From positions 1-32,203 of the forward strand of contig JBJMMA010000046.1 in NCBI GenBank assembly GCA_045805065.1: a stretch of DNA of 32,203 nucleotides, read 5' to 3'. Positions 18,081 to 27,421 of the stretch are shown here, one piece after another (the stretch's first letter is position 1; each line of letters opens with the position of its first letter). Below the pieces are notes generated by a model. It was not told where the DNA came from, made no database searches, and was given only the letters and a program-made list of their open reading frames with translations. The stretch comes from Bdellovibrionia bacterium (GTDB lineage Bacteria; Bdellovibrionota; UBA1018). Position numbers and translations under genes: made by a program.

Positions 18081-19898
18081 ATGGCAGCCGACCTAAGCCG
18101 TACGGTATCAAATCAGAAATTCGGGCAAATTCTCACACGAGCGCTGATTCTTCCGATCGCGCTCATGTTCCTCCTTTTAGGTCTGCTCTTTTTCCAAGTT
18201 CGAAACCTGGTGACTTCCATGCAATGGGTGGATCATACCGATCTCGCTATTGCTCAGGCAAACCAGATTCGCTTTGATTTGATTAGTCTTCAAAACGATC
18301 TCCGTGGTTACGCAGTCATCGGGAGCTCCGACTTGCTGAAGAGCTATCAGTCGACGGACAGAAGCCTGGATTCCGATATCGAAAAATTTCGTGCAACAGT
18401 TGCGGATAATCCTTCGCAGCAACAAAGGGTTGTCCAAATCAAGGCCAGGGTCGCGGAGTGGAGAGAGTGGGCGAATCGAGTCCTTCTGTCGGCCCAGTCA
18501 TCCCGAGCCGGTGCTTACTCCGCAGTTGAGAGCGGGCAAGGTGGCCGCGGAATGGTGGATATCCAGAACTGGATCAACTCAGCTATCCAGACAGAGGAAG
18601 GCCTGAGACAGGAACGAAGCGGTGTCGTTCAGTCCGACGCGCGCAGAGCAGTCGTGTTTGCGATCGTAGTGACTGCGTTCCTAGGGACGATTTTGGCCTA
18701 TTTCACCAGAAGACAGCTTTTAAATCTCGCAGTTATATATGGCCAGTCTCAAGATCTTATTTCTCAATATGCGGCTCAAGAGGCAGCACGTGCTGCGGAA
18801 GCAAAGTATCGTCAGTTGGTCGATAGTGTGAAGGACTATGCGATCATTATGCTTGATCCGCAGGGTTTCGTCACAAGTTGGACTACCGGAGCCGAAAAGA
18901 TCAAGGGCTATCAGGCGGACGAGATCATTGGAAAACATTTTACCACTTTCTATACGCCAGAGGATAAAGCGTCGGGAAAGGCTGAATTGGAGCTGCAAAG
19001 CGCGGCAAAAGAAGGGCGATTCGAAGACGAAGGTTGGCGCGTCAGAAAGGATGGAACCAGGTTCTGGGCGAATGTCATCCTGGTTCCGTTGCGGGATCTG
19101 AATGGGAATCTCATGGGGTATGGAAAGATAACCCGCGATTTGACTCAAAGAAAGAAGACCGAAGACGAGATGAGAAAGAACAGTATCGCCTTGTCCGCAG
19201 CGAACAAGGAGCTTGAGGCGTTCTCCTACGCCGTATCTCACGATTTGCGCGCTCCGCTCAGAGGGGTCGATGGATTTAGCCAGGCACTGATGGAGGATTA
19301 CGGTGATCGCCTCGATGAGGAGGGAAAGGATTACCTGAAGCGAGTCCGCGCGGGTGTTCAGCGCATGGGCAAGCTCATCGATGATCTTCTCAATCTCTCC
19401 CGACTCACCCGAGGTCAGATGAGAATCGGAGATCTCGACTTGAGCAAGATGGCTCGTGAAATTATTGAAGAGCTGCGCGAAAGGGATCCAAGTCGGAAGG
19501 TGGACGTGAAAATTCAAGAAGGTCTTGTGAGTCGCGGTGACTCAGGACTTCTGGGCGCAGCCTTGGAGAATCTTCTCTCCAACGCCTGGAAATTCTCTTC
19601 AAAAAATCCGCAGGCCAGGATCGAGTTTGGCGCAACCGAATTAAACGGAGAGCTTGTCTACTTTGTTCGAGATAATGGCGCTGGATTTGACATGGCTTAT
19701 GCAGACAAACTGTTTGGCGCATTCCAGCGTTTGCACCATGCGGACGACTTTCAAGGCACGGGAGTTGGCCTAGCGACCGTGCGTCGAGTGATTCATCGAC
19801 ACGGTGGACGAATCTGGGTCGATGCGAAGGAAGGACAAGGCGCAACTTTTTATTTCACGATCAATACGCCAGGTCAGGAAAATCTGCAGGCAGCCTAA
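18081..19898 (+). CDS. CHASE3-PAS sensor histidine kinase (alternative start GTG 18075)
   Basis: [20 protein letters not shown] ([22 protein letters not shown]), [22 protein letters not shown] and GTGVGLA. Confidence 0.95.
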   Translation: MAADLSRTVSNQKFGQILTRALILPIALMFLLLGLLFFQVRNLVTSMQWVDHTDLAIAQANQIRFDLISLQNDLRGYAVIGSSDLLKSYQSTDRSLDSDIEKFRATVADNPSQQQRVVQIKARVAEWREWANRVLLSAQSSRAGAYSAVESGQGGRGMVDIQNWINSAIQTEEGLRQERSGVVQSDARRAVVFAIVVTAFLGTILAYFTRRQLLNLAVIYGQSQDLISQYAAQEAARAAEAKYRQLVDSVKDYAIIMLDPQGFVTSWTTGAEKIKGYQADEIIGKHFTTFYTPEDKASGKAELELQSAAKEGRFEDEGWRVRKDGTRFWANVILVPLRDLNGNLMGYGKITRDLTQRKKTEDEMRKNSIALSAANKELEAFSYAVSHDLRAPLRGVDGFSQALMEDYGDRLDEEGKDYLKRVRAGVQRMGKLIDDLLNLSRLTRGQMRIGDLDLSKMAREIIEELRERDPSRKVDVKIQEGLVSRGDSGLLGAALENLLSNAWKFSSKNPQARIEFGATELNGELVYFVRDNGAGFDMAYADKLFGAFQRLHHADDFQGTGVGLATVRRVIHRHGGRIWVDAKEGQGATFYFTINTPGQENLQAA

Positions 19899-19914
19899 GG
19901 GAGAGGTATCGTCA

Positions 19915-20397
19915 ATGCTATCCGATGCAAAAGGTAAAGTGATTCTTCTGGTTGAAGACAATCCGGATGACGAAAAGCTCACGATTCGAGCGCTCAAAAA
20001 ACAGAATATTCAAAATGACGTTATTGTGGCGCGGGATGGCGTCGAAGCAATCGATTATCTTTTCGGGCAAGGAAAGTATGAGGGCAGGGATTTAGATGAT
20101 CTGCCACAAGTGGTCCTGCTTGATTTAAAGCTTCCCAAGCTGAACGGTCTGGATGTTCTCAAGCGAATTCGAGAGGACGAGCGCACGCATGCGATCCCTG
20201 TTGTTGTCCTGACGACTTCAAGCGAGGAAAGGGATATTGTCGATAGCTATAATCTCGGTGCAAACAGCTATGTCAGAAAGCCGGTCGACTTCGTCGAGTT
20301 TGCCGAAGCTGTAAAGACTCTCGGGATGTATTGGCTATTATTGAATGAACGGACCTCAAAGCTCTCCGCTATTGAGGAGAAGAAGAAAGTATCTTAG
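19915..20397 (+). CDS. Single-domain response regulator (Rcp1/RcpA type)
   Basis: [21 protein letters not shown] and [15 protein letters not shown] 19915 after GAGAGG. Confidence 0.93.
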   Translation: MLSDAKGKVILLVEDNPDDEKLTIRALKKQNIQNDVIVARDGVEAIDYLFGQGKYEGRDLDDLPQVVLLDLKLPKLNGLDVLKRIREDERTHAIPVVVLTTSSEERDIVDSYNLGANSYVRKPVDFVEFAEAVKTLGMYWLLLNERTSKLSAIEEKKKVS

Positions 20398-20403
20398 CGA
20401 CGA

Positions 20404-21573
20404 ATGGATGCCTCCCTTCGCATACTCATCATTGAGGATTCTGAAGATGACGCCGCTCTCATGCTCCGAAGCCTGCGGCGGGCGGGCTTTGCTCTTTCTG
20501 AACGTCGAGTGGACACTCTGGCTGCATTGAGTGCCGCGTTGACTGAGAATGAATGGGATCTTGTTCTCTCCGACTTCAATCTTCCCGGCTTCACGGCGCG
20601 TGGTGCTTTGGAGGAGGTGAGAAAGCGCTCGCAGGAGATCCCATTTATCATTGTTTCGGGTGCCATTGGCGAAGAGCTGGCTGCAGAGATGATCCGTGCG
20701 GGCGCAAACGATGTGATCAATAAAAGTCACCTGGTTCGGCTGGCTCCTGCCATTGAACGTGAGCTTCGGGAATCCAAAATCCGCAAAGACAAGAAAAAGG
20801 CAGATGAAGAGAGGCATGAGCTTTTGGAGGAACTGAAGCGTGCCGTGGCGGTCAGGGATGAGTTTCTCGCGATCGCCTCACATGAATTGAAAACTCCCAT
20901 CACTTCGCTGAAACTTCAGGCCCATATTCTGAACCGCTCACTGCAAAAGCTTGGACCGGGGCCCAAATACAATCAGCAGGTAGTAAAGTTCGCGGATATC
21001 AGCATTCGCCAGATTGAGCGAATGACCCGGTTAGTAGACGAGATGCTCAGCATGACCCGCATGATGTCACAGGGTTTGAGTATTCATTGCGATGATATGG
21101 AGATGCGTCATCTAGTGCAGAAGGTGCTTGAGCACTTCGCCGAGCAGATCCGGGAAAGCGGATCGCAAGTGGTTCTGCTGGATGGCGATCCGGTGAGGGG
21201 AAGATGGGATAGCTTTCGAATGGAGCAGGTGATTGAAAATCTCCTCAGCAACGCATTGAAATACGGATCGGGGAAGCCGATCGAGATTCACATCCGGAAA
21301 GAAGGGGATCATGCGATCCTCATGATCAGCGATCATGGGATCGGAATCGCGCCGGAAGATCAGAAGAGGATTTTTTCCCGCTTTGAGCGCGCAGTTTCGT
21401 ACACAAATATCAGCGGGCTAGGCTTGGGTCTTTATATCGTGAGTGAGATTGTCCATGCTCATGGTGGCGAGATCGCGGTTCAAAGCGAATACGGCCAAGG
21501 ATCCACTTTTGTTGTCAGATTACCCCTGGTTGCTTCCGAGAGGCCAGCGATCTCTCAAAGCAAGAGCGCTTAA
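20404..21573 (+). CDS. Hybrid REC-HisKA-HATPase histidine kinase
   Basis: N-terminal receiver (IIEDSEDD, VLSDF), ASHELKTP, NLLSNALKY, DHGIGI and GLGLGL. Confidence 0.93.
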   Translation: MDASLRILIIEDSEDDAALMLRSLRRAGFALSERRVDTLAALSAALTENEWDLVLSDFNLPGFTARGALEEVRKRSQEIPFIIVSGAIGEELAAEMIRAGANDVINKSHLVRLAPAIERELRESKIRKDKKKADEERHELLEELKRAVAVRDEFLAIASHELKTPITSLKLQAHILNRSLQKLGPGPKYNQQVVKFADISIRQIERMTRLVDEMLSMTRMMSQGLSIHCDDMEMRHLVQKVLEHFAEQIRESGSQVVLLDGDPVRGRWDSFRMEQVIENLLSNALKYGSGKPIEIHIRKEGDHAILMISDHGIGIAPEDQKRIFSRFERAVSYTNISGLGLGLYIVSEIVHAHGGEIAVQSEYGQGSTFVVRLPLVASERPAISQSKSA

Positions 21574-21616
21574 CTGCACATTGAAGTCGCCTGTCTACTC
21601 GAAGCAGCGCGCTCGC

Positions 21617-21632
21617 GGGCACATGCGTTGCT
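21617..21632 (+). promoter_or_regulatory. Sigma54-type -24/-12 promoter, possibly giving a leaderless transcript
   Basis: GGGCACATGCGTTGCT has GG-N10-GC. Predicted +1 near 21643, 2 nt before ATG 21645, which has no Shine-Dalgarno. Confidence 0.55.
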
Positions 21633-21644
21633 TATTGTAGCAGT

Positions 21645-21971
21645 ATGGCAAATCAAGCGGAGCGTGGAGACTCACGTCAGGACTCGAAGGAAATCAAAAC
21701 TACTGGAACCAGTGGCAATGCTTCAAAGGTCGAGGTGCCAAAAGAAGTTAAGGACCAGAAGTTTGAACGAGGGGGCACAACTGCCGGTGGCCAGGGCGAT
21801 AAATATGCTGGCGCCTCAGTCAGTAGAAAAGAAAATGACCAGAAGCTGCCCGACTCGGCAGGCGGGACCGCGGACCGAGAAACGGCCAGCGGCAGTCCAT
21901 TTGAAAAGGACCCGACGGTCGGAGGCGAGACGCAGCATCTGGAAAATCATCGTGAGAAGAAGGCTTCATAG
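21645..21971 (+). CDS. Small hydrophilic, probably disordered protein (hydrophilin/stress-protein-like)
   Basis: 108 aa rich in G/E/K/D/S/T with almost no hydrophobic core; promoter-like element directly upstream. Confidence 0.65.
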   Translation: MANQAERGDSRQDSKEIKTTGTSGNASKVEVPKEVKDQKFERGGTTAGGQGDKYAGASVSRKENDQKLPDSAGGTADRETASGSPFEKDPTVGGETQHLENHREKKAS

Positions 21972-22000
21972 TCTTCTTCTCACGACGGTGAATCAATGAC

Positions 22001-22846
22001 TTAAGCAGCTTTCTTTTTGCTGATGCCTGATTGGATAAACTTCAGAAGGTCTGAATTGAACTGATCAGTATGGGTCTGCGCCAAGCCATGAGGAGCGCCG
22101 GGGTAGACCTTGAGCTCTGCGTTTGGAATGAGCTTTGATGATAGGAAGGCAGAGGCACCGATAGGGACGATCTGATCATCGTCGCCGTGAATAATCAGCG
22201 TCGGAACATCGATCTTCTTCAGATCTTCAGTCATGTCAGTTTCCGAGAACTGCTCAATGCTGTCATACTCCGCGGTGATCGCGCCCATCATGCTTTGAAG
22301 CCAGAAAAAGTCCCTGACTCCTTCAGATATTTGCGCCCCCTGGCGGTTGTAGCTATAAAATGGCAGTGACAGGTCTCGGAAGTATTGAGCCCGATTCCGT
22401 GCGGTGCCGTCACGGATTTCGTCAAAGACTTTTCTAGGAAGTCCGCCCGGGTTTGCATCCGTTTTGAGCATGAGTGGAGGAATGGCTCCCACGAGGACGC
22501 ATTTGGCGATTCTTTTTGTTCCATGTCGTCCGAGGTAACGTGTGACTTCTCCTCCGCCGGTCGAGTGTCCCACAAGGATTGCGTCCTTAAGATCCAGGTG
22601 CTCGATCAGCTCACCGAGATCGTCTGCGAACTGATTCATCGTATTGCGCTCCCCAGTCTGCGTGGAACGGCCATGGCCCCGGCGATCATGAGCGATGACG
22701 CGATATCCGTTCTGAAGAAAGAACAACATTTGAGAATCCCACGCGTCTGCTGTGAGTGGCCAGCCGTGACTGAAAACGATAGGCTGACCCTTTCCCCAGT
22801 CTTTATAAAAGATTTCAATGCCTTCCTTTGTCGAAAGTGTGGCCAT
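22001..22846 (-). CDS. cpo: Non-haem chloroperoxidase/perhydrolase-type alpha/beta hydrolase
   Basis: [45 protein letters not shown] and [17 protein letters not shown]. Confidence 0.92.
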   Translation of the reverse strand: MATLSTKEGIEIFYKDWGKGQPIVFSHGWPLTADAWDSQMLFFLQNGYRVIAHDRRGHGRSTQTGERNTMNQFADDLGELIEHLDLKDAILVGHSTGGGEVTRYLGRHGTKRIAKCVLVGAIPPLMLKTDANPGGLPRKVFDEIRDGTARNRAQYFRDLSLPFYSYNRQGAQISEGVRDFFWLQSMMGAITAEYDSIEQFSETDMTEDLKKIDVPTLIIHGDDDQIVPIGASAFLSSKLIPNAELKVYPGAPHGLAQTHTDQFNSDLLKFIQSGISKKKAA

Positions 22847-23002
22847 AAATGATTCTCCTCATATGGGTTTAGTCAAAACGGCAACTTGCAAGGAACGAAC
22901 ATGGCTGAGAGCCCTAAGAATAGGGCGGCTTAGGTTGAGTCGGCTTAGGCTTAAATGACAAAGCACAGCCTTTGCACAAATTCCGTACAGCGAGGACAGC
23001 GG

Positions 23003-23839
23003 ATGGGCACTCAGACGCCAAAACTCAGGCCAATAGATCTTTCCGAATCTTATGAGAGGAATCAGTTCCAGACATTAGACCAAGTGGCTAATCGCTTGTC
23101 ATTTCTCTCCGAGGCGAGCCGCCGTTTGAGTTCCGCGCTCACGAACCAAGAATGCTTTCAGGAATTGCTGGAGCTCATGGTTCCGGCGTTTTGTGACTTT
23201 GCCACGATTTCTTTGATGACCGAAAGAGGGGAGATTAAACGAGTCGCGCTTGCGCATATGGATCCCGAAAAAGCCAAGGCTGCGAACAATCTTTTAAATA
23301 AGTATCCTCCAAGGCTTGATGACCTCATAGGGCCCGGAAACGTGATTCGAACCCGAAAATCAGAGTACGACTTTCATGTAGACTCTCATCCTGGAGTCCA
23401 TTCGCACTTGCTTCGATATCCCGAATTGGCTCAAACGGTCCAGATGTTGAAAATCCGCTCGCGGATCTGCGTTCCCATGGAGGCTCACGGTCAGATTCTT
23501 GGAGCCCTTTGGATGGTAGTTACCGACTTCAGCGGTCGCCACTTTGAAGACGACGATCTGAAACTTGCGGAAGAAGTGGCAAGCCGCGCGGCACTTAGTG
23601 TGTTTCATCTTTTTGCTTATGAAAGGGCATCCAAGGATCTTGAAAGGCTCACTGTGGAAAGAGAAATGAGAGAGACCTTTTTAGGTCAAGTCCGCCATGA
23701 CGCGCTTTCTGTGCTGACGACCGCTACGCTTTCCGCACAGCTGATTATTCGCAAGGATAATGGAAAGCTTGCCGAACTGGCTGGGAAAATCGTGACTGCG
23801 ATCGAAAAGGCGGCGGAGATCATCAGGAAAACGAAGTAA
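23003..23839 (+). CDS. GAF-domain protein ending in a HisKA-like helical segment, with no ATPase domain
   Basis: FLSEASRRLSSAL..VPAFCDFA..R.ALAH.DP, ICVPM..G.ILGAL, DL.LAEEVASRAAL, then RETFLGQVRHDALS; ATG 23003 after GAGGA. Confidence 0.8.
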   Translation: MGTQTPKLRPIDLSESYERNQFQTLDQVANRLSFLSEASRRLSSALTNQECFQELLELMVPAFCDFATISLMTERGEIKRVALAHMDPEKAKAANNLLNKYPPRLDDLIGPGNVIRTRKSEYDFHVDSHPGVHSHLLRYPELAQTVQMLKIRSRICVPMEAHGQILGALWMVVTDFSGRHFEDDDLKLAEEVASRAALSVFHLFAYERASKDLERLTVEREMRETFLGQVRHDALSVLTTATLSAQLIIRKDNGKLAELAGKIVTAIEKAAEIIRKTK

Positions 23840-23856
23840 GAGATCTGGGGATAGTT

Positions 23857-24507
23857 CTACGCAGCCTCCCGTAAGAGCTCATTGAGAGCTCCGCGGAGCT
23901 CGGAATATCCCACGGCTTCCGTAACTCGCCGTCCCTCATAGAGGGATTCTCCAGGCAGAGTCACAATCAGGGCCGGAACTCCATCCAGCTCCAGCTCATC
24001 GGCAAGCGCCTCGTCCTCTTCAATGATGGGCTGGAAAGACTTGTTGCGAAGGGCCTCCCTAAGGAGCTTGGGCTCAAGGCCTGCTAAACGAGCGAGATCC
24101 AAAAGAACCGGCATGCGGCCAATGTCCTGACCTTCTTCATAGTAAGCACGAAAGATCGCTCGGTGCATTTGGTCGTATTTTCCATGGATGCGGGCAAATT
24201 CGGCGGCTTCAAGGGCCATTCGGGTTCGGGGATAATGGCTCGAAAATCTCATTTTCAATCCAACATCCCGAGCCATGGGAATGACTTTTCGCTCAAACAT
24301 CTTTTTCTCTTCGTGAACGTTGGGTCGGGCGTCGGGATCAGAAGCCGGATAAAGCTCAAAGGAATGCCATTCGATTTCAACTTGCCCGCCAAACTCCAGC
24401 TGGATCCGGTCAAGAACGGGCAGCTCAACATAACAGAATGGGCAGACATAATCGCTCCAGACGTCGATCTTGAGTTTGGCCATAACCTTTGGCGCTTCAG
24501 GTCTCAT
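23857..24507 (-). CDS. DsbA-family oxidoreductase (FrnE-like; alternative start 24483)
   Basis: IDVWSDYVCPFCY, WHSFEL, IFRAYYEEGQDIG and GVPA. Confidence 0.9.
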   Translation of the reverse strand: MRPEAPKVMAKLKIDVWSDYVCPFCYVELPVLDRIQLEFGGQVEIEWHSFELYPASDPDARPNVHEEKKMFERKVIPMARDVGLKMRFSSHYPRTRMALEAAEFARIHGKYDQMHRAIFRAYYEEGQDIGRMPVLLDLARLAGLEPKLLREALRNKSFQPIIEEDEALADELELDGVPALIVTLPGESLYEGRRVTEAVGYSELRGALNELLREAA

Positions 24508-24532
24508 GCCGTAACTTATGTGAGTAGATTGA

Positions 24533-24570
24533 GGACAAAATAACGGCCTCTCCTGAGTAGGAGAGGCCGT
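24533..24570 (-). terminator. Rho-independent terminator after the 24576-25133 gene
   Basis: Perfect 12-bp stem ACGGCCTCTCCT-GAGT-AGGAGAGGCCGT (24543-24570), followed by TATTTTG on the minus strand. Confidence 0.8.
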
Positions 24571-24575
24571 GTTGC

Positions 24576-25133
24576 TCAGTTCAGTGGAGCAGGTACAGCT
24601 GTTTGCTGGTTTTCGTCATCGTACTCGTGGCCCTTTTCCACGGGCCTTGCGCGCACTTCGCAGGCACCAGGAATCTTGTGCTCGCCCAGAATGAGGGCAG
24701 CTGGGTAGAGCATCCATTCTGCTGCTGGTGCATCGTGGTCCTTGCGCGGGATTACGATGGCAAGTCTTTGTCCGTTAGCAGCCGCGATCACAACTTCACG
24801 TTTTCCTGAGTTGAGGAGCGCACCATCGGCGTAGAACAGATTGCCATTGCGTGCAACGGCAAGTAGATTGCGAAGACCTTCAGTCTGAACGGCGTTGTCG
24901 AACATGTTTTCCACATTGTGCGATTCATGATCGACGCGAACGTTTGCGAAAACGCGCGCTACGGCTTCGAATTCTCGACCTCGCTGCTGCTCGGAGGCAG
25001 TCATCTGGTTTCCAAAAGTACAATTAAAGTCAAAGCGGAAGAGTCTTTCCGCCCAGCGCTGATCATCAGCAGCGTGAGCAGTGGCAAAAGAGGCGAGCAA
25101 AGCAAAAAGACTGAACGCGATTGTTTTCTTCAT
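24576..25133 (-). CDS. Secreted hypothetical protein
   Basis: Signal peptide MKKTIAFSLFALLASFATAHA, AAGGAG RBS, own terminator, two Cys residues. Confidence 0.85.
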   Translation of the reverse strand: MKKTIAFSLFALLASFATAHAADDQRWAERLFRFDFNCTFGNQMTASEQQRGREFEAVARVFANVRVDHESHNVENMFDNAVQTEGLRNLLAVARNGNLFYADGALLNSGKREVVIAAANGQRLAIVIPRKDHDAPAAEWMLYPAALILGEHKIPGACEVRARPVEKGHEYDDENQQTAVPAPLN

Positions 25134-25225
25134 CGGATTCTCCTTGGGTTAAAACTTGTATTTTAATTTGTGAGATTGCCGCGTCAGGCGGGGAGAGTTT
25201 CAGGACGGACGGCAGGAGGGTAGCC

Positions 25226-25241
25226 TGCAATCACCGTGCTA
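25226..25241 (-). promoter_or_regulatory. Sigma54-like element (AG instead of GG)
   Basis: Minus strand TAGCACGGTGATTGCA, one mismatch to TGGCACG-N4-TTGCA. Confidence 0.5.
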
Positions 25242-25287
25242 TGACTCAATAGAATCAAGAGAATCAAGAGGGAGAGTGAGAGGCTTT

Positions 25288-26148
25288 TCAGGACTTCAGA
25301 ATTTTGGCGTGATAGGCGATATGAGATTCGATGAAAGTGGAGATGAAGTAATAACTATGGTCGTAATCCGCGTGTCGCCGGATCTGTGCAGGGTAGCGCG
25401 TTTTTTTGACAGTTTCTTCAAAAGTGTCCGTGAAGAGCTCGGTTGAGAAGAACTCGTCATTCAATCCCTGGTCAATCAGAATGGGAGTCGAACTCTTTGC
25501 GTTTTGAATCAGTTCGTTTGCGTCGTACTGCGCCCATCGCTTTCGGTCATCTCCCAGATATTCAGTGAACGCCTTGATGCCCCAGGGGCATAATGAGGGT
25601 GCACAAATCGGAGCGAATGCAGAAATCGATCGATAGAGATCAGGATGCCGCAGGCCCAGTACTAATGCCCCATGACCTCCCATGGAGTGTCCCATGATTC
25701 CCTGGCGATGAGGATCTGCAGGAAAGTTTTCCTCGACGATCTTTCTCAGTTCCTGCGTAACGTAAGTTTCCATCTGGTAATGCCTGGACCATTTTGGTTC
25801 TGTGGCGTTGACATAAAAGCTGGCGCCAGAGCCCAGGTCATAGCTATCGTTTTCGCCAGGAATACCCGTGTCGCGCGGACTTGTGTCAGGCGCCACGAGA
25901 ATGATTCCATGTTGTCGAGCGTAAGCCTGTGCTCCGCCACCTTCAGCCATGAAGGTCTCTTCCGTGCAAGTCAGTCCCGAGAGCCAGTAAAGGACAGGCA
26001 GCTTTTTTCCTCCGGCCTGAAGTGCCTGAGGTGGAAGGTAAATCGTGAACTTCATCGTCCCGTCACAGGATGTTGAGGGGTGGCTATAGTAGTTCGTATA
26101 GCCTTCAAACTGCTTGTGACTGCGGGTCTGCTCCAATGAGTTTGCCAT
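25288..26148 (-). CDS. fghA: S-formylglutathione hydrolase
   Basis: PVLYWLSGLTCT, APDTSPR, G.GASFY.NAT, GHSMGGHGA and YDHSYYFI; directly downstream of frmA. Confidence 0.96.
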   Translation of the reverse strand: MANSLEQTRSHKQFEGYTNYYSHPSTSCDGTMKFTIYLPPQALQAGGKKLPVLYWLSGLTCTEETFMAEGGGAQAYARQHGIILVAPDTSPRDTGIPGENDSYDLGSGASFYVNATEPKWSRHYQMETYVTQELRKIVEENFPADPHRQGIMGHSMGGHGALVLGLRHPDLYRSISAFAPICAPSLCPWGIKAFTEYLGDDRKRWAQYDANELIQNAKSSTPILIDQGLNDEFFSTELFTDTFEETVKKTRYPAQIRRHADYDHSYYFISTFIESHIAYHAKILKS

Positions 26149-26150
26149 TT

Positions 26151-27266
26151 CTATTTACCGTAATGAATGACGCTTCGGATGCTTTTGCCTTCATGCATGA
26201 GATCGAATGCTTTGTTGATATCCTGAATACCCATGGTGTGCGTAATCATTTTGTCGATTTCAAGTTTTCCCTGCATGAAGTTTTCGACATATCCGGGAAG
26301 CTCGGTCCGGCCGCGTACGCCGCCGAAAGCCGTGCCTTTCCATGAGCGTCCTGTCACTAATTGATAGGGACGGGTCTGAATGAGTTTACCTGCGCCAGCG
26401 ACACCGATGATGATCGATTCGCCCCAGCCCATATGACAGCACTCAAGCGCTGAGCGCATCAGATCCACATTGCCAACGCATTCGAAGGAATAATCCACGC
26501 CGCCGTCGGTGAGGTCTTCAATGACTTCCTGCACAGGCTTGTCGTGCTTCTTTGGGTTGATGAAGTCTGTTGCGCCGAGCTGTCGGGCAAGCTCAAACTT
26601 GTCCTCATTGATATCGACGCCGATAATCCGGGCGGCTTTTGCCATGACGGCGCCTTGGACCGCGCTGAGCCCGATTCCACCCAGCCCAAAGATCGCCACT
26701 GTGGAGCCAGGTCTCACTTTGGCCGTATTGAGAACGGCGCCGATCCCCGTCGTAATTCCGCAGCCAAGAAGGCAGACTTTCTCGAGGGGGGCGGCAGGGT
26801 TGATTTTCGCAAGAGCGATTTCCGGAATCACTGAGTACTCCGCAAAAGTGGATGTGCCCATATAGTGAAAGATCTTCTTTCCATTCTTGGAATAGCGGAC
26901 CGTTCCATCGGGCATGAGCCCAGACCATTCGGTCTCGTTCAGCGCCGAACAAAGATTGGTTCTTCCGGACAGGCACATTTTGCAGGTGCGGCATTCAGGA
27001 ATGTAAAGCGGGATGACGTGATCACCCGGTTTGAGTGACTTAACGCCTGAGCCCACTTCTTCGACGATGCCACCGCCCTCATGACCGAGCACGCAAGGAA
27101 ACACCCCTTCTGGGTCTTCTCCGGAGAGAGTGAAAGCATCCGTATGACAGACGCCTGTCGCCACCATCCGAACAAGGACTTCTCCTGCCTTCGGGCCCTC
27201 GATCTCGATTTCCTCGATCACCAATGGCTTTTTTGGCTCCCAGGCAACTGCGGCAATTGTCTTCAT
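26151..27266 (-). CDS. frmA: S-(hydroxymethyl)glutathione dehydrogenase / class III alcohol dehydrogenase
   Basis: [22 protein letters not shown]...[18 protein letters not shown] and [13 protein letters not shown]. Confidence 0.97.
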   Translation of the reverse strand: MKTIAAVAWEPKKPLVIEEIEIEGPKAGEVLVRMVATGVCHTDAFTLSGEDPEGVFPCVLGHEGGGIVEEVGSGVKSLKPGDHVIPLYIPECRTCKMCLSGRTNLCSALNETEWSGLMPDGTVRYSKNGKKIFHYMGTSTFAEYSVIPEIALAKINPAAPLEKVCLLGCGITTGIGAVLNTAKVRPGSTVAIFGLGGIGLSAVQGAVMAKAARIIGVDINEDKFELARQLGATDFINPKKHDKPVQEVIEDLTDGGVDYSFECVGNVDLMRSALECCHMGWGESIIIGVAGAGKLIQTRPYQLVTGRSWKGTAFGGVRGRTELPGYVENFMQGKLEIDKMITHTMGIQDINKAFDLMHEGKSIRSVIHYGK

Positions 27267-27319
27267 GAATTTTGTCTATCCTTTTTGGCTCGAACAGTAA
27301 AACTTTGAAAGTGAAGCAT

Positions 27320-27335
27320 TGCATTTTGTTAGCCA
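27320..27335 (-). promoter_or_regulatory. Sigma54-like element upstream of frmA-fghA
   Basis: Minus strand TGGCTAACAAAATGCA has GG-N10-GC. Confidence 0.4.
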
Positions 27336-27421
27336 TTTAAGCCATGCGTCGTAGTGATCGTGCAGCGCGATGAAAGATTTGCCGCTGAAGGATTATCGCA
27401 TTTCTGTTAATAAATGATCTT

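Noticed and set aside
18720..19517. 265-aa antisense ORF
   Set aside because: Lies wholly opposite a conserved PAS/kinase gene and has no recognisable motifs.
21628..21999. 123-aa ORF overlapping the hydrophilin-like gene
   Set aside because: TTG start inside the promoter-like element and Arg-rich off-frame composition; 21645-21971 is preferred, though not proven.
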